The notes under the pieces are model-generated. The model had not been told where the DNA came from. It saw only the letters and a program-made list of their open reading frames with translations, and ran no database searches. Below, piece by piece: positions 49,468 to 63,081 of a DNA stretch of 64,000 bases. Positions within the stretch are counted from its first letter, which is position 1. Each line of letters begins with the position of its first letter. This stretch comes from Setoptus koraiensis (taxonomy: Eukaryota; Animalia; Arthropoda), in NCBI GenBank assembly GCA_048013815.1, contig CM106585.1:8866001-8930000 (forward strand), in the 5' to 3' direction. The position numbers were made by a program, and so were the translations under genes.

Positions 49468-49703
49468 GCTTGGTGTGTACAGAGAAATAATCCATACAAA
49501 TGACGTGGAACTTACATGAAAGCACATGCTTCAAATGTGTTGAATGTTGTTGCAATCATGTCAACTCGTGCCAGATATTCAATCAGAGAAACATCGATAC
49601 ATTCAATTTCATGCATGTTTCCATGCTCTTCAGTCTATCAAATGAGATCACCCGATAATGTGGTAAATTATCGCGGTCTAAAGAAAATACAATTATTGAA
49701 ACC

Positions 49704-51467
49704 ATGACTACAGGAAAAAGAACCTACGATGAATCGGACAACCACGATGGTTGCTCTAATGATATCTCACCAAACGAAGAAGTGAAAAAACGCGTTGTCG
49801 ATTTTAACACAAAACGTGTTAGACTCAACAATATAAGGATCAAGATAGGCTCAACTGCAACTATCATCGTAAGTAATCCTGAACATAATATTACTAGATT
49901 AAGAGAACTCTTGAAACTACTAGATCGAACCAGTTTTGAGGACATCGAAGAAGATGATAGACATTCAGTTCTTGAAATCCATCGATTGTTGGCAATAACA
50001 GCCCTAGAGATCTTCAAGGACACTATTCCCAGCTACAGAATAAGTGAAAAAACGAACGAAGAAGAAGACTCCAAGCCTGAACAGAGCAAGGGTGGCCGCT
50101 TCAGGGGTCCATCACCTCGCATGAAGAGAGAAACTTTGCAGCAGAAAAGATATGAGCGATCTTTTTGCCAACTATACAAATTCTATCTACAAAGATTAGA
50201 GAGAATGGTAGAATGCGTAAAAAAACAGACAACATCAACATTCTTCGACAAGCTGGTCCAAACTCAAACAGATCGTGTGAGTCTGGCAAAGACTGCGCTC
50301 AATTGTTTAGGACATTTACTTGTAGCTCATCCCCACTTTAATTTTCGCGATCAGATAATCAAAAAGCTAGTCGAGTTTAATTCGCAAGCGAAATATAATG
50401 AGTGCGCAAGTATTGCTCATGAACATTTATGTAATTTATTAAAACAAGACAAGTTAGGTGAAGTATCTTTTGAAGTTGTCAAAGTTGTTTGTGAGCTTGC
50501 TAAAACTCGTAATCTAAGCCTATCGCCTTTGATTTTCGAGACTCTGCTTAATTTACGTCTAGTGGACGTTCGCAAGGCACTTGATGAAGAGAAGGCTAAG
50601 AAGAAAGAGGCTCGTCTAGCTCGTGATCAAATGGTTAAATTATCAAGGAAGGAAAAGAAGAGAAACAAGAAGATGAAGCAACTTAGTAATCATTTGTTGG
50701 AGGCGGAAGCTCACAATACGATGGACCAGAAACTTAAGTACCATTCCAGTATTCTGAAAAAATTATTTGTAACTTATTTTAGACTATTGAAATATCACGA
50801 GGAAATGAACGAAGATAGTGAAAGAGGCAAATTTGAAAAAGTTATACCGCCTGTACTGGAAGGTCTCGCCAAATTTGCTGGTCAGATAGATGTGAATTTA
50901 TGCAATGACATGTTCCCTCTACTACACAATCTACTTGAAGATAGAAGTTTATCTAGCAATCATCTTCTCCATTGTTTACGTACAGTATTCGTTATGCTCA
51001 AAAACATGGGTTCCGAAATTAACATTGACCCACAAAGCTTCTACAGAGTTTTTTATTCCCTACTAGAGAATATAGAACCAACAAAGATGGCTCAGGAGGA
51101 ATTCTCAAGTTTCTTAGAATGCATAGATCTTCTTCTGATCAAACGTTCCAAGCAACTTAGCAGCCAGAGAGCTGCTGCCTTTGTCAGGCGCTTATTGACA
51201 CTATCCTTAAGCTTCCCTGTGCCATCAGTGCTGAACCTACTAGAATCTATCCGTGCCTTGATACTTCAACACCCTTCAACGGCAGCCCTTCTGGATAGCT
51301 CAAATTGTGCAAATTTCGGGGCTGGAGTTTATGATCCTCAGTTACCTGATCCCGATCACAGTTATGCTGACTCCTCCGTCGCCTGGGAGCTTCAACTTTT
51401 GAGAAGTCATCACGAGAAAGCGGTCGTATATGCAGTAAATAATCTTATACGTGATATATCTGCTTGA
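49704..51467 (+). CDS. NOC3L: Nucleolar complex protein 3 homolog (NOC3/CBF-Mak21 domain), single exon, 587 aa
   Basis: Motifs HPHFNFR..II, EGLAKFA..ID, IDPQSFY..FY and YDPQLPDPDHSYA...WELQLL..H. KEKKRNKKMKQL basic coiled region. Confidence 0.85.
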   Translation: MTTGKRTYDESDNHDGCSNDISPNEEVKKRVVDFNTKRVRLNNIRIKIGSTATIIVSNPEHNITRLRELLKLLDRTSFEDIEEDDRHSVLEIHRLLAITALEIFKDTIPSYRISEKTNEEEDSKPEQSKGGRFRGPSPRMKRETLQQKRYERSFCQLYKFYLQRLERMVECVKKQTTSTFFDKLVQTQTDRVSLAKTALNCLGHLLVAHPHFNFRDQIIKKLVEFNSQAKYNECASIAHEHLCNLLKQDKLGEVSFEVVKVVCELAKTRNLSLSPLIFETLLNLRLVDVRKALDEEKAKKKEARLARDQMVKLSRKEKKRNKKMKQLSNHLLEAEAHNTMDQKLKYHSSILKKLFVTYFRLLKYHEEMNEDSERGKFEKVIPPVLEGLAKFAGQIDVNLCNDMFPLLHNLLEDRSLSSNHLLHCLRTVFVMLKNMGSEINIDPQSFYRVFYSLLENIEPTKMAQEEFSSFLECIDLLLIKRSKQLSSQRAAAFVRRLLTLSLSFPVPSVLNLLESIRALILQHPSTAALLDSSNCANFGAGVYDPQLPDPDHSYADSSVAWELQLLRSHHEKAVVYAVNNLIRDISA

Positions 51468-51738
51468 CCTATATTATGTTGTTGTTCAAGACCGTTGATA
51501 GCATTTGTTTCCGTAAGCGCAAGTTCAACCGACTATCCAGCAGGAAATCCTACTAAAATAAATGAAATAATATCAACTAGTCTACTCATTATCTACGTAA
51601 CTTAAACATTTGTGACCTTGTTTATTGTTCTTTTCTTGTAAATTTCTTTGTTTCCTCCCCTTCTACTTAATTCTAATTTTGTAATTATAAATTTATCACT
51701 TTTTTGGAGTGTCACATTGACGAGCTGAGTGAGAAAGT

Positions 51739-53997
51739 TTAGCTCTCGATAATAGTATGCTTTGGTTGCTGCTGATGATGAAATTCATTTAAGTTGCGGT
51801 TCATGTCTGAATTTTGAGCCAAAGAGATTGATTTCTCTTTCCTGCCGCGTTTCTTATGCGGTGGCTGATGAACTTGGGCTAACTTTCGCGTACAATCGGG
51901 ACAAAACCATTTTCCTTTAGGTGGCTGCGTCACTCCAACGCAATCATAATGAAACCACTCAAACTCACACTGCGAGAAAAAAAAAAGAATCGATTTGTGA
52001 ATTTTAGGAGTTTCGCAAAGACGAGGAAAGTTAGAGGAAGGGTTAGAAAGAGTATTTCGGCCTAATAGATTAGACTGATACTCTAAAATGGACTTCCTTC
52101 CCTCGACCGCAATCGTTACCCAGCCAGAGGTAAAAGATCGGGAAATATGGAATGAGAAGGATGTAAAGTCTGAAGAATAAGCGTACCTGATCGTTATCAC
52201 AGGCAACCATTTCACCGTATGAAATTTGTCGACAAACGCAATACCGTTTCTCATCTTTCTGATACATGTTGGTTGTAAACTCTAGTGCTGTTGGTGATGA
52301 CAGACCCAAAGTTGTTGCTGATTCGCTAAGATCCGTACTTGGTAAAGACTCACTATTCTCAAATATAGAATTATTTGATGAGATGGATGTAGGAGATTCA
52401 TCCTGGTATATATGACTAGCATGGCGAGGGCGCTTTGAAGCTCTGCCAGATTTCGTTACTGATATGTACAGCGGACTCACAGTTCCTGTCATCGATTGTG
52501 AGACGGGAGTTTGAGAGGCTCTGAATTGCTGATTGAATCTATTATTGTTTGAGACCTGATCATCAACAACAGGTGCCAAGGCATTTCTACCAGAGAAGGC
52601 ATCCTTCGACGTGCTAGTGAAGTCTAGAGTGTTGATATTGTGCATACCAGCGTTGATAGCGGCGTAGCTAGCTTTGAGACTCGGAGTACGTCTGCCTTGC
52701 TGCATCTGCACAATCAGATTTGAATTTTAGACGCGATCACGAGGATATGTTGGAAAAAAGAATGAGATGTACAAAGTATGTACTCAATAAGAAATGCTTC
52801 AAATAGTTTGAAGAGGATTAGATCGAAGTCAGAAAACCAAATTACCTGTTGTGTCGCTGCAATCGCCTGAGATGCAGCAGCAGCTATAGGATTATGTCTT
52901 ATAGACACCGGCAACAAGTTACCATCACCAGTTATGAAAGCTCCAGATGGGTATCCATTCACAGTAGTCCGTTGCTGACTGGCACTTGCGGCGGCATTCA
53001 TCATAGCTATCGTGGATAACGAATTTAGGTGAGCTAGATTGCTAGGTGCCGCTGCTAGAGCGGCGCTCAGCGCTGAGTGTTGTTGTTGACTCTGAGATGA
53101 CATGAGATTGTTTCTTGGTTGTTTGCCACTACTTGAATGATCAGGCCTAGTAACATCCGGCATATTAACTGATCTATTGTTTTGTGTGTCTATATGGTGT
53201 TGTGATAATCTACCATTCATGTTCTGGTGATCATTAGAGATGATACTCAACAACTCACTGCTGAATGAGGTCTCATCTACCACAGATGCTGGTGCGCTAA
53301 CGGAATGTCTTCCATCATTATAGCTCGTTGGGCTGATTAAACGATGATTATGTGCAACTAGATTTTGATTATTTTGAGGTGCTTTGCTACCGACAGATTT
53401 GTGTTTTGATTTGGCCCTATGTGTAGTATTATTGTGATCATGATCATAATGATGGTTATGATGGTGTGTATGATGAAGGTGGCGGGGGTGATGATGATAA
53501 CCATTATTGTGGTGGCTGATTGCATTATTTTGAGTAGCGTGACTACGTCTACGTTCCTTGATACTGCCTGGGGTATTATAATGTTGATTGTTGACATTGT
53601 TAGCGCTGGTATCTTTATCCATTTCAAGTGATCGTTGTTCAAGTTCATCCGTGATACCAATATTGTCTGCTTCCAGTTCAACTTTGAACTTTTCCAACTC
53701 CGTATCAAGACGACGTATGAGTCGCTGGACTGTCTCGTGCATTTGATTAGCTATATTACATTTTTCGTCAGCGTACTTCATAGTTTCCTTATAGCTATTG
53801 ACTAATTGATCAAATTCCTGTTTCTTTTGTTCAGGTTTTAACTTTTTGAATTGTGAAAAAAAATGTGTGACCTTCTCGTCGAGACCATCGATATCATTGT
53901 GGACCTGCAGGTCCATCTCACGGATATCGGTGAATCTATTTTGAAGTTCCTGGGGTAAATGCTCTATCACCTCTAAATAGTCCTCTAGATACAACAT
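51739..53997 (-). CDS. ING3: Inhibitor of growth protein 3 (exons 53997-52846, 52705-52187, 51969-51739; ~633 aa)
   Basis: [33 protein letters not shown]-terminal ING domain. AATQQ|[14 protein letters not shown] is the ING3 signature. PHD finger [19 protein letters not shown]|[26 protein letters not shown]. Confidence 0.95.
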
Positions 53998-54159
53998 GTT
54001 GATGAAGTATACACGAGATGAGGGGGGGTATTGATTTGTTTATATCTGATTGGGTGTGTGTATGTGTTTTTGTATGTGCGCGCGATGTGTTTGTGTACGT
54101 GTGCTTGTGTAGCTTTTGCTGGCCAGGGCAAGCTCGGGCTATGAGGATAAATATGGGTG

Positions 54160-54275
54160 ATATTATTAATTAATTATATATATATAAATAATTTATATAT
54201 ATATATAATCAAATATATATGTAATATATATATCAGGGGATATATATACGTATATATATTGAAATTAATAATGTG
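54160..54275. repeat. AT-rich (AT)n low-complexity tract upstream of ING3
   Basis: Nearly pure A/T run, including the palindrome ATATATATACGTATATATAT. Confidence 0.85.
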
Positions 54276-54830
54276 TTTTAATCGATAATTTTGCCATCAA
54301 TCCTGTTCCGGGGGGGGCGCCCTCCTTTCGGTTCCAACGACGTTGTTCGTTGTATAATTGATAAATGAATATTTCAAGCGCCTGGTGGGCCCTTAAATAT
54401 GGATACAATAGTATGATAATGATAAATAAATGGATAGAAATAATAATAATAATAGTATAAATCCGCCTCTGGTTGGTGTTATTGGGGGGTATAATATTAT
54501 CCGCGTATATATTTTAGTACATTAGTGTATTGGCTATGCGTATGTGTGTACTACAGCACAGCAAAATGTACAGTACAGTGCAGGGCTGATAAAAAAAAGA
54601 ATTTCTATGCTTGCGAATGAGTGTGTGTGCTGACGCTGCCTGTTTCAGCGCTGCTGCTGTTGGCTGCTGCTGCTGCTGCTATACAAAATGCACACAAAAC
54701 CGAGCCAAAATTGGCAGCATTAAACTGTAGTGAAAATGGTGCTGAATTTGCTGCTGGTGTGTGTGTGTGTGAGTGAGCCAACAAAGAAAGAGAGCGCTTT
54801 TGCTGCGATGTGTTTGTGTCCCTTTTCTTT

Positions 54831-54832
<2 letters not shown>

Positions 54833-54868
<36 letters not shown>
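54833..54868. repeat. (GT)18 microsatellite
   Basis: Read directly. Confidence 0.97.
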
Positions 54869-54875
<7 letters not shown>

Positions 54876-57508
54876 CCAGATTGACGACGATGCTTGGGCG
54901 AAATCTACGGCAGATTTGATCATTCACTCACGGAGAGACGGAGAGAGAAATCGGCAAACATTGCCATAGAAAGAGCACAACGCACTTACCCAGCGGACTG
55001 CTGTCGACGCTGTGTGCTTGTTCGAAAAGAAAGAAAAAGTGCTATGGGGTGCGAACGACGCACACAGCCGGTTGTGCCGGCCGTTGGCACACAGAGTGCG
55101 ACTGCGCACACTGCGCCAGCCTTCACAATGGATTGGTTGTGCGAATGACGAAAGGCAGTGATTAGCGGGCGCAGCAAAACAGGCCGCACAGTTCACGGGG
55201 GCGAGTGTGGCGCGAGCGAGCGTATGTGCGCGGCGCCGGGCAAGTAAACTACAAATGTAGTTTCAGCGGACACAGCGAGAGGCGCTCAAGGCAAATAAGT
55301 TGTAGGTCACGCACAAGCACACAGGCGCGGCCGGCGACCCAGACGCCCCCTCGCGACGCAGCAGCGCGGCTGGCTCGTGGACAAGAGTCTCGCGCAGCCG
55401 GTCACGTTGGCAACGCAAGCGTAAGCGGCGTCAGTGACTCATTTCGCCCTGAACACCCCAGGCCTTTCCCCTGCCGCTCCCCCGTGGCCGTGTTGTTGCA
55501 TCCTCGCTATGCTCGCTGCACTGCGGTTACTATACTACAGTAACTATAGCACGACAGCAGCAGCAGCAGCAGCAGTAGTATAGCATACAGCGCACAAGCC
55601 GTGGAGAGCGCCGAACCAACGTGGTCTGACGCATTGGGTTTGCTCCGGCATGCCCTGTGGTGTGTGTGCCAACGCCAGCCATGGTAGCCGCCAACGCCGC
55701 TCAAGTGAGCGCGCACAATGCCTCAAGTTCGTTGCTCGAAACTTGGAGCGTGTGTGTGTGTGTGTGTGCGAGGTTAAGCTCTTGCTTGTGCAACGTCGAC
55801 TATAGGAGGATCTATCGAACTGCCGCGAATTGCGGCAGAGCGCCGACGAGCCAACGAACGAACGATTGCGAACGATCGAGCATGGTCTATGCACACACAC
55901 ACACACACGCTACGACGAACAAAGAGCGTCACGACGCATCAAAGTTGCGGCGCTGACGGCGCTGAGCCAATCATGCGGCGGCGGCGGCCACGGCCACGGC
56001 TTATCAATCTATCAGATAAAGATGACCATTGTTGCGCCAGGAATGCGTCCCGCCGCCGTCGATATAGATAGTGCAGCGCAATTATGTGCGTCCCAACAAC
56101 CAAAAGTTTGTCAACTTCATTTAGGAAGCCACCTGGCCGCTGTAGTTAGTGTTGGGGGCTGCGGCTGTGGAGAACTTTCTCTGTTCGATTGCGAGCTGCG
56201 AGAACTCACGTTCTTCGCGATTTGCCCGGTCGCAAACAATCTTTTCGGCGCGCTCGCCCGAACTGCTCCAACAGTTTGCGTTCTGTTGTTGTGCGCAACT
56301 ATAACAAGATGGCAATTTCCGTGTTCCTTCCGCAACGAGGCTGCAACAACAACAACAGCAACTGTAGCAACAACAGCAGCAGCAACAGCAACAACAACCA
56401 CACCGCGCGATGATTACTCACATTTGTGAGTGCTCGCAATGGCATTGTTGCCAGACACCAATCGAACTTTCTAGACATTTCTTGCGCTAGTGCGCATGGC
56501 AACAATTTGAACTGGGTGGCGCCAATGGCCAAGGCGCCCCATCGTGCGCTCAAGGCCACCGGCGGCAACCAATCAAACCAACAAAACCAAACAAACCGGA
56601 AACATGAGGAAACAACAAAACATCTGGCCATCTTTATTTGCTGGAACATCCAGTGACTTTTGACCAACTGAGGACCGCTTTCCATCTCGAGCTCACTGGC
56701 AACTGACTTGTGAGACACCTTGAGAGTTGTTTGCTCGTGGAGTGGCCGAGTTTTTTTGCACTGAAGCAAACGTCCCAGATAAAACTGGAATTATCACTTC
56801 ACGCTGACTTACTTCTCACCCTATTCTCTGTCCTACAAATATCTGCAAGCCATCACGATGATATTGGTTTGCAATCACACACGCCCAGTGCGTGAAACGT
56901 TCAGTGACCTTGAATGGTCGGCTTATAAAACAACTCTTGTGAATAAGTGAAACAAGGAAGCCAACACTATGCTAACCTGTCCTTACGTAACGAATCCTTC
57001 TACTCTGTCCATCCATTGATCTATTCAAGGTCGATAACAGTTTTCTTTACGGCTGCTTCCCAATCATCAACGTCAGTAGAAATCAAGTGCAATGTTATAA
57101 ATCTAAAGGTCTTATTCTAATGAGCCTGCTGCAACAGCAACTCGTTGATCAGGTCTAAATTGGATCTACTCATCCTCAATAGAATTGGTTCATTCACCTC
57201 ACCTGAGCCTATTTGGGATACTAATTAACTTGCATATGAATGAGCATGCGGATTGCACGCGAACTGAATGAACTAGCGTGACGTAACATTAACAATGGGC
57301 AAAACGGACGTAATGCCGGTAATCACACAAAAGCAGAAGTAATAGGAACAAGTTTAAATGCGGTAAAGGGTGATTAAATTAAATTCATTCATTCAATGCT
57401 TGAATATTAGTGATATGTTACAAAACTCATTCATTGGCTCCGGTTCAACTCCATTCTAATGTGCCGTGGTTGTCATGTCATCGGTTGGTTATCTATCGAC
57501 AGCACTTA

Positions 57509-58750
57509 TCAGTGCAAAACAAGCCGATACCCAGGTGAACCGTACTTGTCTTTGGCTTCCTCGAACAATGTCTCTATCTCAGACACATATTTCTTATGTA
57601 TCATGTCGACGTAGTCACTGGCTGGTTCAGGATCTCGTTTCACGGGCACTATGTTGCCCACTGTGACATCATAAATGAGATAAAGAAAATAAGATTGATT
57701 AGAACTCGTAAAATAGTAATGCCGACCACGAACAAATAAAACCGGTTGCTACTTACGGGTGATTGTTATTGGTTTTCTGTAAGGCAAAACACCGAGAGAA
57801 TTCGGCTTCAGTCCAGCACCGATAGGATAGTTTAGCGAGAACCGAGATAGATATTTTCTAGCCAAATCTTGGATCGTAAATAACAATGAGCCCTTGGGTG
57901 GACGATATATGTCCCAGAGTTCAGTCTCACCAAACCCGATCGCAGGTACCAGGTCAGTGCCGTGCCTAATGGCCTGCCTCACGAAGCCCTTGCGATTTTT
58001 GATCGTTAGATCAAGAATGCCCGGCTGAACTTTCATCATTTCGTCAATGCCGCCTGGTACTATTGCAAACAGTGAACATCTCGTCTTTTCTTTGATTTTA
58101 TCATTTTTTTCAAACTGCTTGTTGTCACATGTGTATCTGCTCATCACTCTATCTAATACATGTCTGTCTACGGTGTGACAGCCCCACGCGATCTGGAGTT
58201 CACGAATAAATGGTAGGTTGAACATCATCTTATGATTAAACAAATGCCTATCATGATGCGGAAAATGTTTGCTGTACGAGGCTGCCTCAGTTCCAAAACC
58301 CCCGAAGTAACCAACAGGTGCATTGCCGTGCGGATGATAGCCTATCATATAGTTCTTGTTGGGGTCTAAATTCTCACTAGTGCCAATTTTCACTATTTCT
58401 AGCGAGAAATAGTCCCTACCAAATTCCTTAAATATACGCAGGTTGCGGATCCATTCTGACGGTCGACCCCGGCCATTTTGTGGTGTTTGGTAATCGTACA
58501 TGAACCATAGTAAGTAGGCTAACACAAATCCGTGACAATAGTATGATCTTATCACTGTTGCAAGCAGCAAGATGATTATGGGAGAAAACGCGAATAAAAA
58601 CGCCCCCAGCGTGAAAACGTAGGTGACGAATCCAACGCTAATCAACACTTTTAATGGTTCTACTATGTTTTCATGCCAAACAAATTTGGCATTGGCCGAC
58701 AACTTTGTGTACAGTTTTTCGTAAAGTAACGCAGACAGTAATTCTGGCAT
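57509..58750 (-). CDS. DGAT2/MOGAT-family acyltransferase, paralog A (exons 58750-57757, 57660-57509; 381 aa)
   Basis: N-terminal TM hairpin; GYHPHG; VPGGIDE; RKGFVRQA; PAIGFGETE; phase-1 intron; C-terminal LGNIVPV...HKKYVSEIETLFEEAKDKYG. Confidence 0.92.
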
Positions 58751-60416
58751 ATTGGTAGCCTGTTGGATTAGAAATACGTAGCTCGAAAGGATATAGCTTT
58801 CGAGATGGTTTACGTTGTTTCAAACGAAAATTCTTCGGGGCTGATTTATGGACTCGTAGATACGCGTTTTGTATCTAACTGATAGCACTCGCGTTGGGTA
58901 TGATTATTTTTTGTGGTATCTCAACAGAACCTTTCTCCTGATACTGAAGTCGATAGTGATTCTAATGATCCGATGAGCTGTGATACTGTCTCGCGAAAAT
59001 TTTTGGTGAAAAATATCTGATTGGCCGGGAGATGAACTTTCAATATGTTGAGCCTTTGGTAAGTTTCATGATGATTCGTAAAAAAATACCAAATGTTTTG
59101 TGAGGTGGCGTATATAGAGGCGGACAGTTTGCTTCGCGACGTTACACAACGACAATAACTGAATCAAGTTCTTAATTAAATACTGCTAACATCAGTATAT
59201 AGCTGGATTACGTCTTACTTGAATCGAATGTTTGACTATCTCATTCACTGGTTGATACTGTAAGAATATTGCGTATCTCACTGATACAATTCATCAATGA
59301 ATATCGAATGTAATCAAATGTAGATGAAACATGATTCTGAAGTGATCAACAAAAATGACATTGCTTTTTAAATAGTCACATAAATCATTGTGGCAATTAC
59401 GTTTTAACTGACACTAGGTGCCATTCTGCGCATAAAATAAACACATTCCGAGGGGCGATTTTTTCTACTGTTTTCATCAAACTTGATTTGAATCTGAATC
59501 GAGTTGAACCTATTATGATATCGCGGGGTTTTTGTGGTCATACGCGGACGACAAATCACGGCAGATCAATCAACAACAAAAAGCGTTTCAATTAATCTTG
59601 TTGAGTTTTAGAGACACGATGTTAACTCTATGACGACTCTATGAACTATCGTAGTCGGCAAAAGTACAGGATGAGTAAGGAAGAGCAACAAAAAACCTCG
59701 TTTATGCCAAAGAAGAAACTGCCCTAGGTATATTTCTTTGCTCAACTCCGCCCTATTTTCATGATACGGAGAGCTCACATATCTATTATTAGTATCGTGT
59801 GTAACATTGTTTTCATCACTGAACGCACTGATTACGCAACACGATTATCTAACAGGTATCGCAACAGAAGACAGGTTGCTGAAGGAGCCGGGCTAAAAGA
59901 AAAACAGATACGGGCGGTCTTTCTCTCATTGGCATAATTTTCGGGGGAAAAGTCAACATTCAAATTAAATCTTTTGAGATAATTCTTGCTGACTAACGGG
60001 TGCAACTTGTATGGATGGAGTAAAATAGAGAATAGACCATTTCCCAAACCGAACTTGCATTGTCGATGTGGCGCTAATTATGATTGTTTCCGCTACATAA
60101 CAACGACCTTTAGTAACAGAGGATAATTAGGATAATCTCAATTGCCAGTTTGACCATGATTCCGTGAACTCTCTCGCTACAGTTAGTTCATTAACCTCTG
60201 ATTCGATCTCCTCGGTGTTAATCTTGCCGCTTACTTGTATCAAGAAGCAATACATTTCTAAACCGGTCTAACGGGAGTTTCCGCGCTCAATTGTGTTATC
60301 AAATTATTATTGATTATTTTTTGTTTCCATTTGAGTATTTTCTATGATCAGCTCCATCAGGATGTTTGCTAGCACAGTGAAAATCTTTCCATGTAAACTG
60401 GACTTGTAACCTCTGA

Positions 60417-61690
60417 TTAGTGTAGAACCAGTTCGTATCCTGCTGGACCGTATTTGTCTTTGGCCCCTTTGAACAATCTCTCGATTTCGGACACATATTT
60501 TTCGTGCACCATGTCGACGTAGTCGCTCGCTGGCTCAAGGTCTCGTTTCACGGGCACTATGTTGCCCACTGTGACATCATAAACAAGATGGAGGTATTGG
60601 GATTAATAAATATTCATAGAATGGTGATGACCTAATCAGATAAAAGTGTTTGCTACTTACGGACAATCGTTATTGGTTTTCTGTGGGGTAAAATGCCCCA
60701 CGAACCTGGGGTGAGTCCAGAACCGATGGGATAGTTTAGCGAGAACCGAGATAGATATTTTCTAGCCAAATCTTGGATTGTAAATAAGATTGAGCCCTTG
60801 GGTGGACGATATACGCCCCAAAGTTCAGTCTCACCAAATCCGATCGCGGGCACCAGGTCAGTGCCATACCTTATGGCCTGCTTCACAAAGCCCTTGCGAT
60901 TTTTTATCGTTAGATCAAGAATGCCCGGTTGGACTTTCATCATTTCGTCAATACCGCCTGGTACGATTACAAACAAAGAAGATTTCATCTTAGTTAGGTT
61001 CGCTCCATCCATGGTTCTCTGGTTGTTGTCATTGGATTTTGAGTTTTTAGTTTTGCTGAAATTGTTATCTGTATATCTGCTCATCACTTTGTCCAATACA
61101 CGTCTGTCTACAGTGTGGCAGCCCCACGCGATCTGAAGTTCACGAATAAATGGCAGAAAAAACATTATGTTATGATTAAACAAGTGCCTGTCATGATGTG
61201 GAAATTGTTCACTGAATGAGGCCGCCTCGGTTCCGAAACCACAAAAGTAACCAACAGGCGCATTGCCATGAGGATGATATCCTATCATGTAGTTCTTGTT
61301 TGGATTTAAACACGAACTGGTGCCCATTCTCACTATCTTCATTGAGAAATATTCGTTAACCAGTTTCTTAAATATATAAGAATGGCGTAGCCATTCCGAT
61401 GATCGACCCCGGCCATTTTGTGGTGTTTGATAATCGTACATGAACCATAGTAAGTAGGCTAACACAAATCCGTGACAACAGTATGATCTTATTACTGTGG
61501 CAAGCAACAGGACGATTATGGGAAAAAACGCGAATAAAAATACTCCCAACGTGAAACTGTAGGTGACAAATCCAACGCTAATCAACACTTTAAATGGCTC
61601 CACAACATTTTTCTTCCAAAACAATTTGGAACTGGCAGACAATTTTGCATACAATTTATCATGAAGCAACACGGAGAGTGATTCTGGCAT
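60417..61690 (-). CDS. DGAT2/MOGAT-family acyltransferase, paralog B (exons 61690-60661, 60568-60417; 393 aa)
   Basis: Same motifs (GYHPHG, VPGGIDE, RKGFVKQA, FGETE), same intron position and the same 152-nt last exon. Confidence 0.92.
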
Positions 61691-63081
61691 CTTTTTAGTT
61701 TATTAGTATATCGATACTTATCCTGGAAGGAAATATTGAACTCAGAATGCGATGAATTCTGTTTAAGGTCGGTGATTTATTGACTTGTTATATACCTAGT
61801 TAACAATTTGCATAGGCTGTTGAGTATTGTTTTGAGATGTCTTCACACTGTGTTCCTTATTCTCTCAGTTGACAGCACTTGAAGTAAATGTGGACAAGTG
61901 ACACTAATTATTCGGTTCGTCTCACACTTATGTAATTAGTTTGTTTCTTTCTTGATCTATTCGACAAAACTTCAGTGGAAAATAAATAATCTTGGAAATC
62001 TCCAAATGATACTGATCATTCTCTCAATAAATACATTCAGCGAAACCAACTGATATAATTGTTTCATGCTCACATCTTATATTTGACCATCTTGATCACT
62101 GTTTGCTAGATCACCGATGAGATCACTTCGTCCCTAGTTTAACAGTGAATATCGAATGGTACCGAGAGTAGACGAGACATTTTGACATCTTATCAATACA
62201 CAAGATTGGCATGAATCAATTCAAGTGTTGGATTCTTTTTTCTTGTGCTGTAGACAAACTTTATTCGGGTCCGAATAGAGAAGAACCGAACACCTTTCAG
62301 ACAGGAATTTCGGAGAACTTTCCGCGACAAAAAGTCACGCTATCAACTTCTGACTTCAACAAGTGCGAGAGGAGCGGAAAACTCGTTAAAGCCATCAGAG
62401 GAACTCGTATTTCCTCTTCCGTCAGACTCCGCCAATTGTACTGAAATCACCTATCTTCTATCATAGTATGCATCTTTATAGAATCTCATACCCGTGAGCA
62501 CAATTACACAGTTGCCTGATTATCTAACAGCAATCTCCGAAAGAGCGCCGAATAAATAAACTCGTTTAAAGGCGGGCCTTACGTGCACCTCAACATCATC
62601 TTCAGGGCAAAAACGCGAACGACGAACATTTTGGGCGAACTCTCGTTGTCATTTGGTGCAAAATATTTCCCCCCTCTGAATATCGGCTTCTACTTCATGA
62701 TGACCTTGGCTAATGGGGAAAAAATAGCACTGGACTATCGATCGCCAGCATACTGTGAACTCTTCCGCTACAGTTAGAAGTTCATTAACCGCCAATCGGA
62801 TCGCATAGATGCAAATGATCGGACTCGGATCGGACGCACACTGGAACATTGTATAACTTGATTGTATAACTGTAAATCGAGAGCAAGACAAAACACAAAC
62901 AGGATTTCCATTGGTATTATCAATTTATTATTTTATTTTTAGTTTCTAATTGAACTGAAGTATCTAATATATTTTCCTACAAGTTGTTCGCTTCATTTGA
63001 ATGTTCCAGTTTCCTGGAATGGAATGAAGTGTCGTCCAATGGACTTTATTCTGTTGCTAATCGCTGTTGATTTTTTGTCGA

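Noticed and set aside
55246-55263. Palindrome AAACTACA-AA-TGTAGTTT
   Set aside because: Single 8-bp inverted repeat with no linked gene start; expected by chance at this scale.
56700-57215. Coding-like minus-strand frame (…DLINELLLQQAH*NKTFRFITLHLISTDVDDWEAAVKK…), possible pseudogene
   Set aside because: Several stops and no family I can recognise; would need tBLASTx to support.
60164-60196. SECIS-like reading of the DGAT downstream hairpin (AUGA…)
   Set aside because: AUGA would pair Watson-Crick rather than form the GA quartet, the stem is too short, and paralogs B and C end in TAA.
61709-61716. DRE motif TATCGATA before DGAT paralog B
   Set aside because: Lies 19 nt before the ATG, downstream of an apparent 5'UTR acceptor, and is not shared by paralog A.
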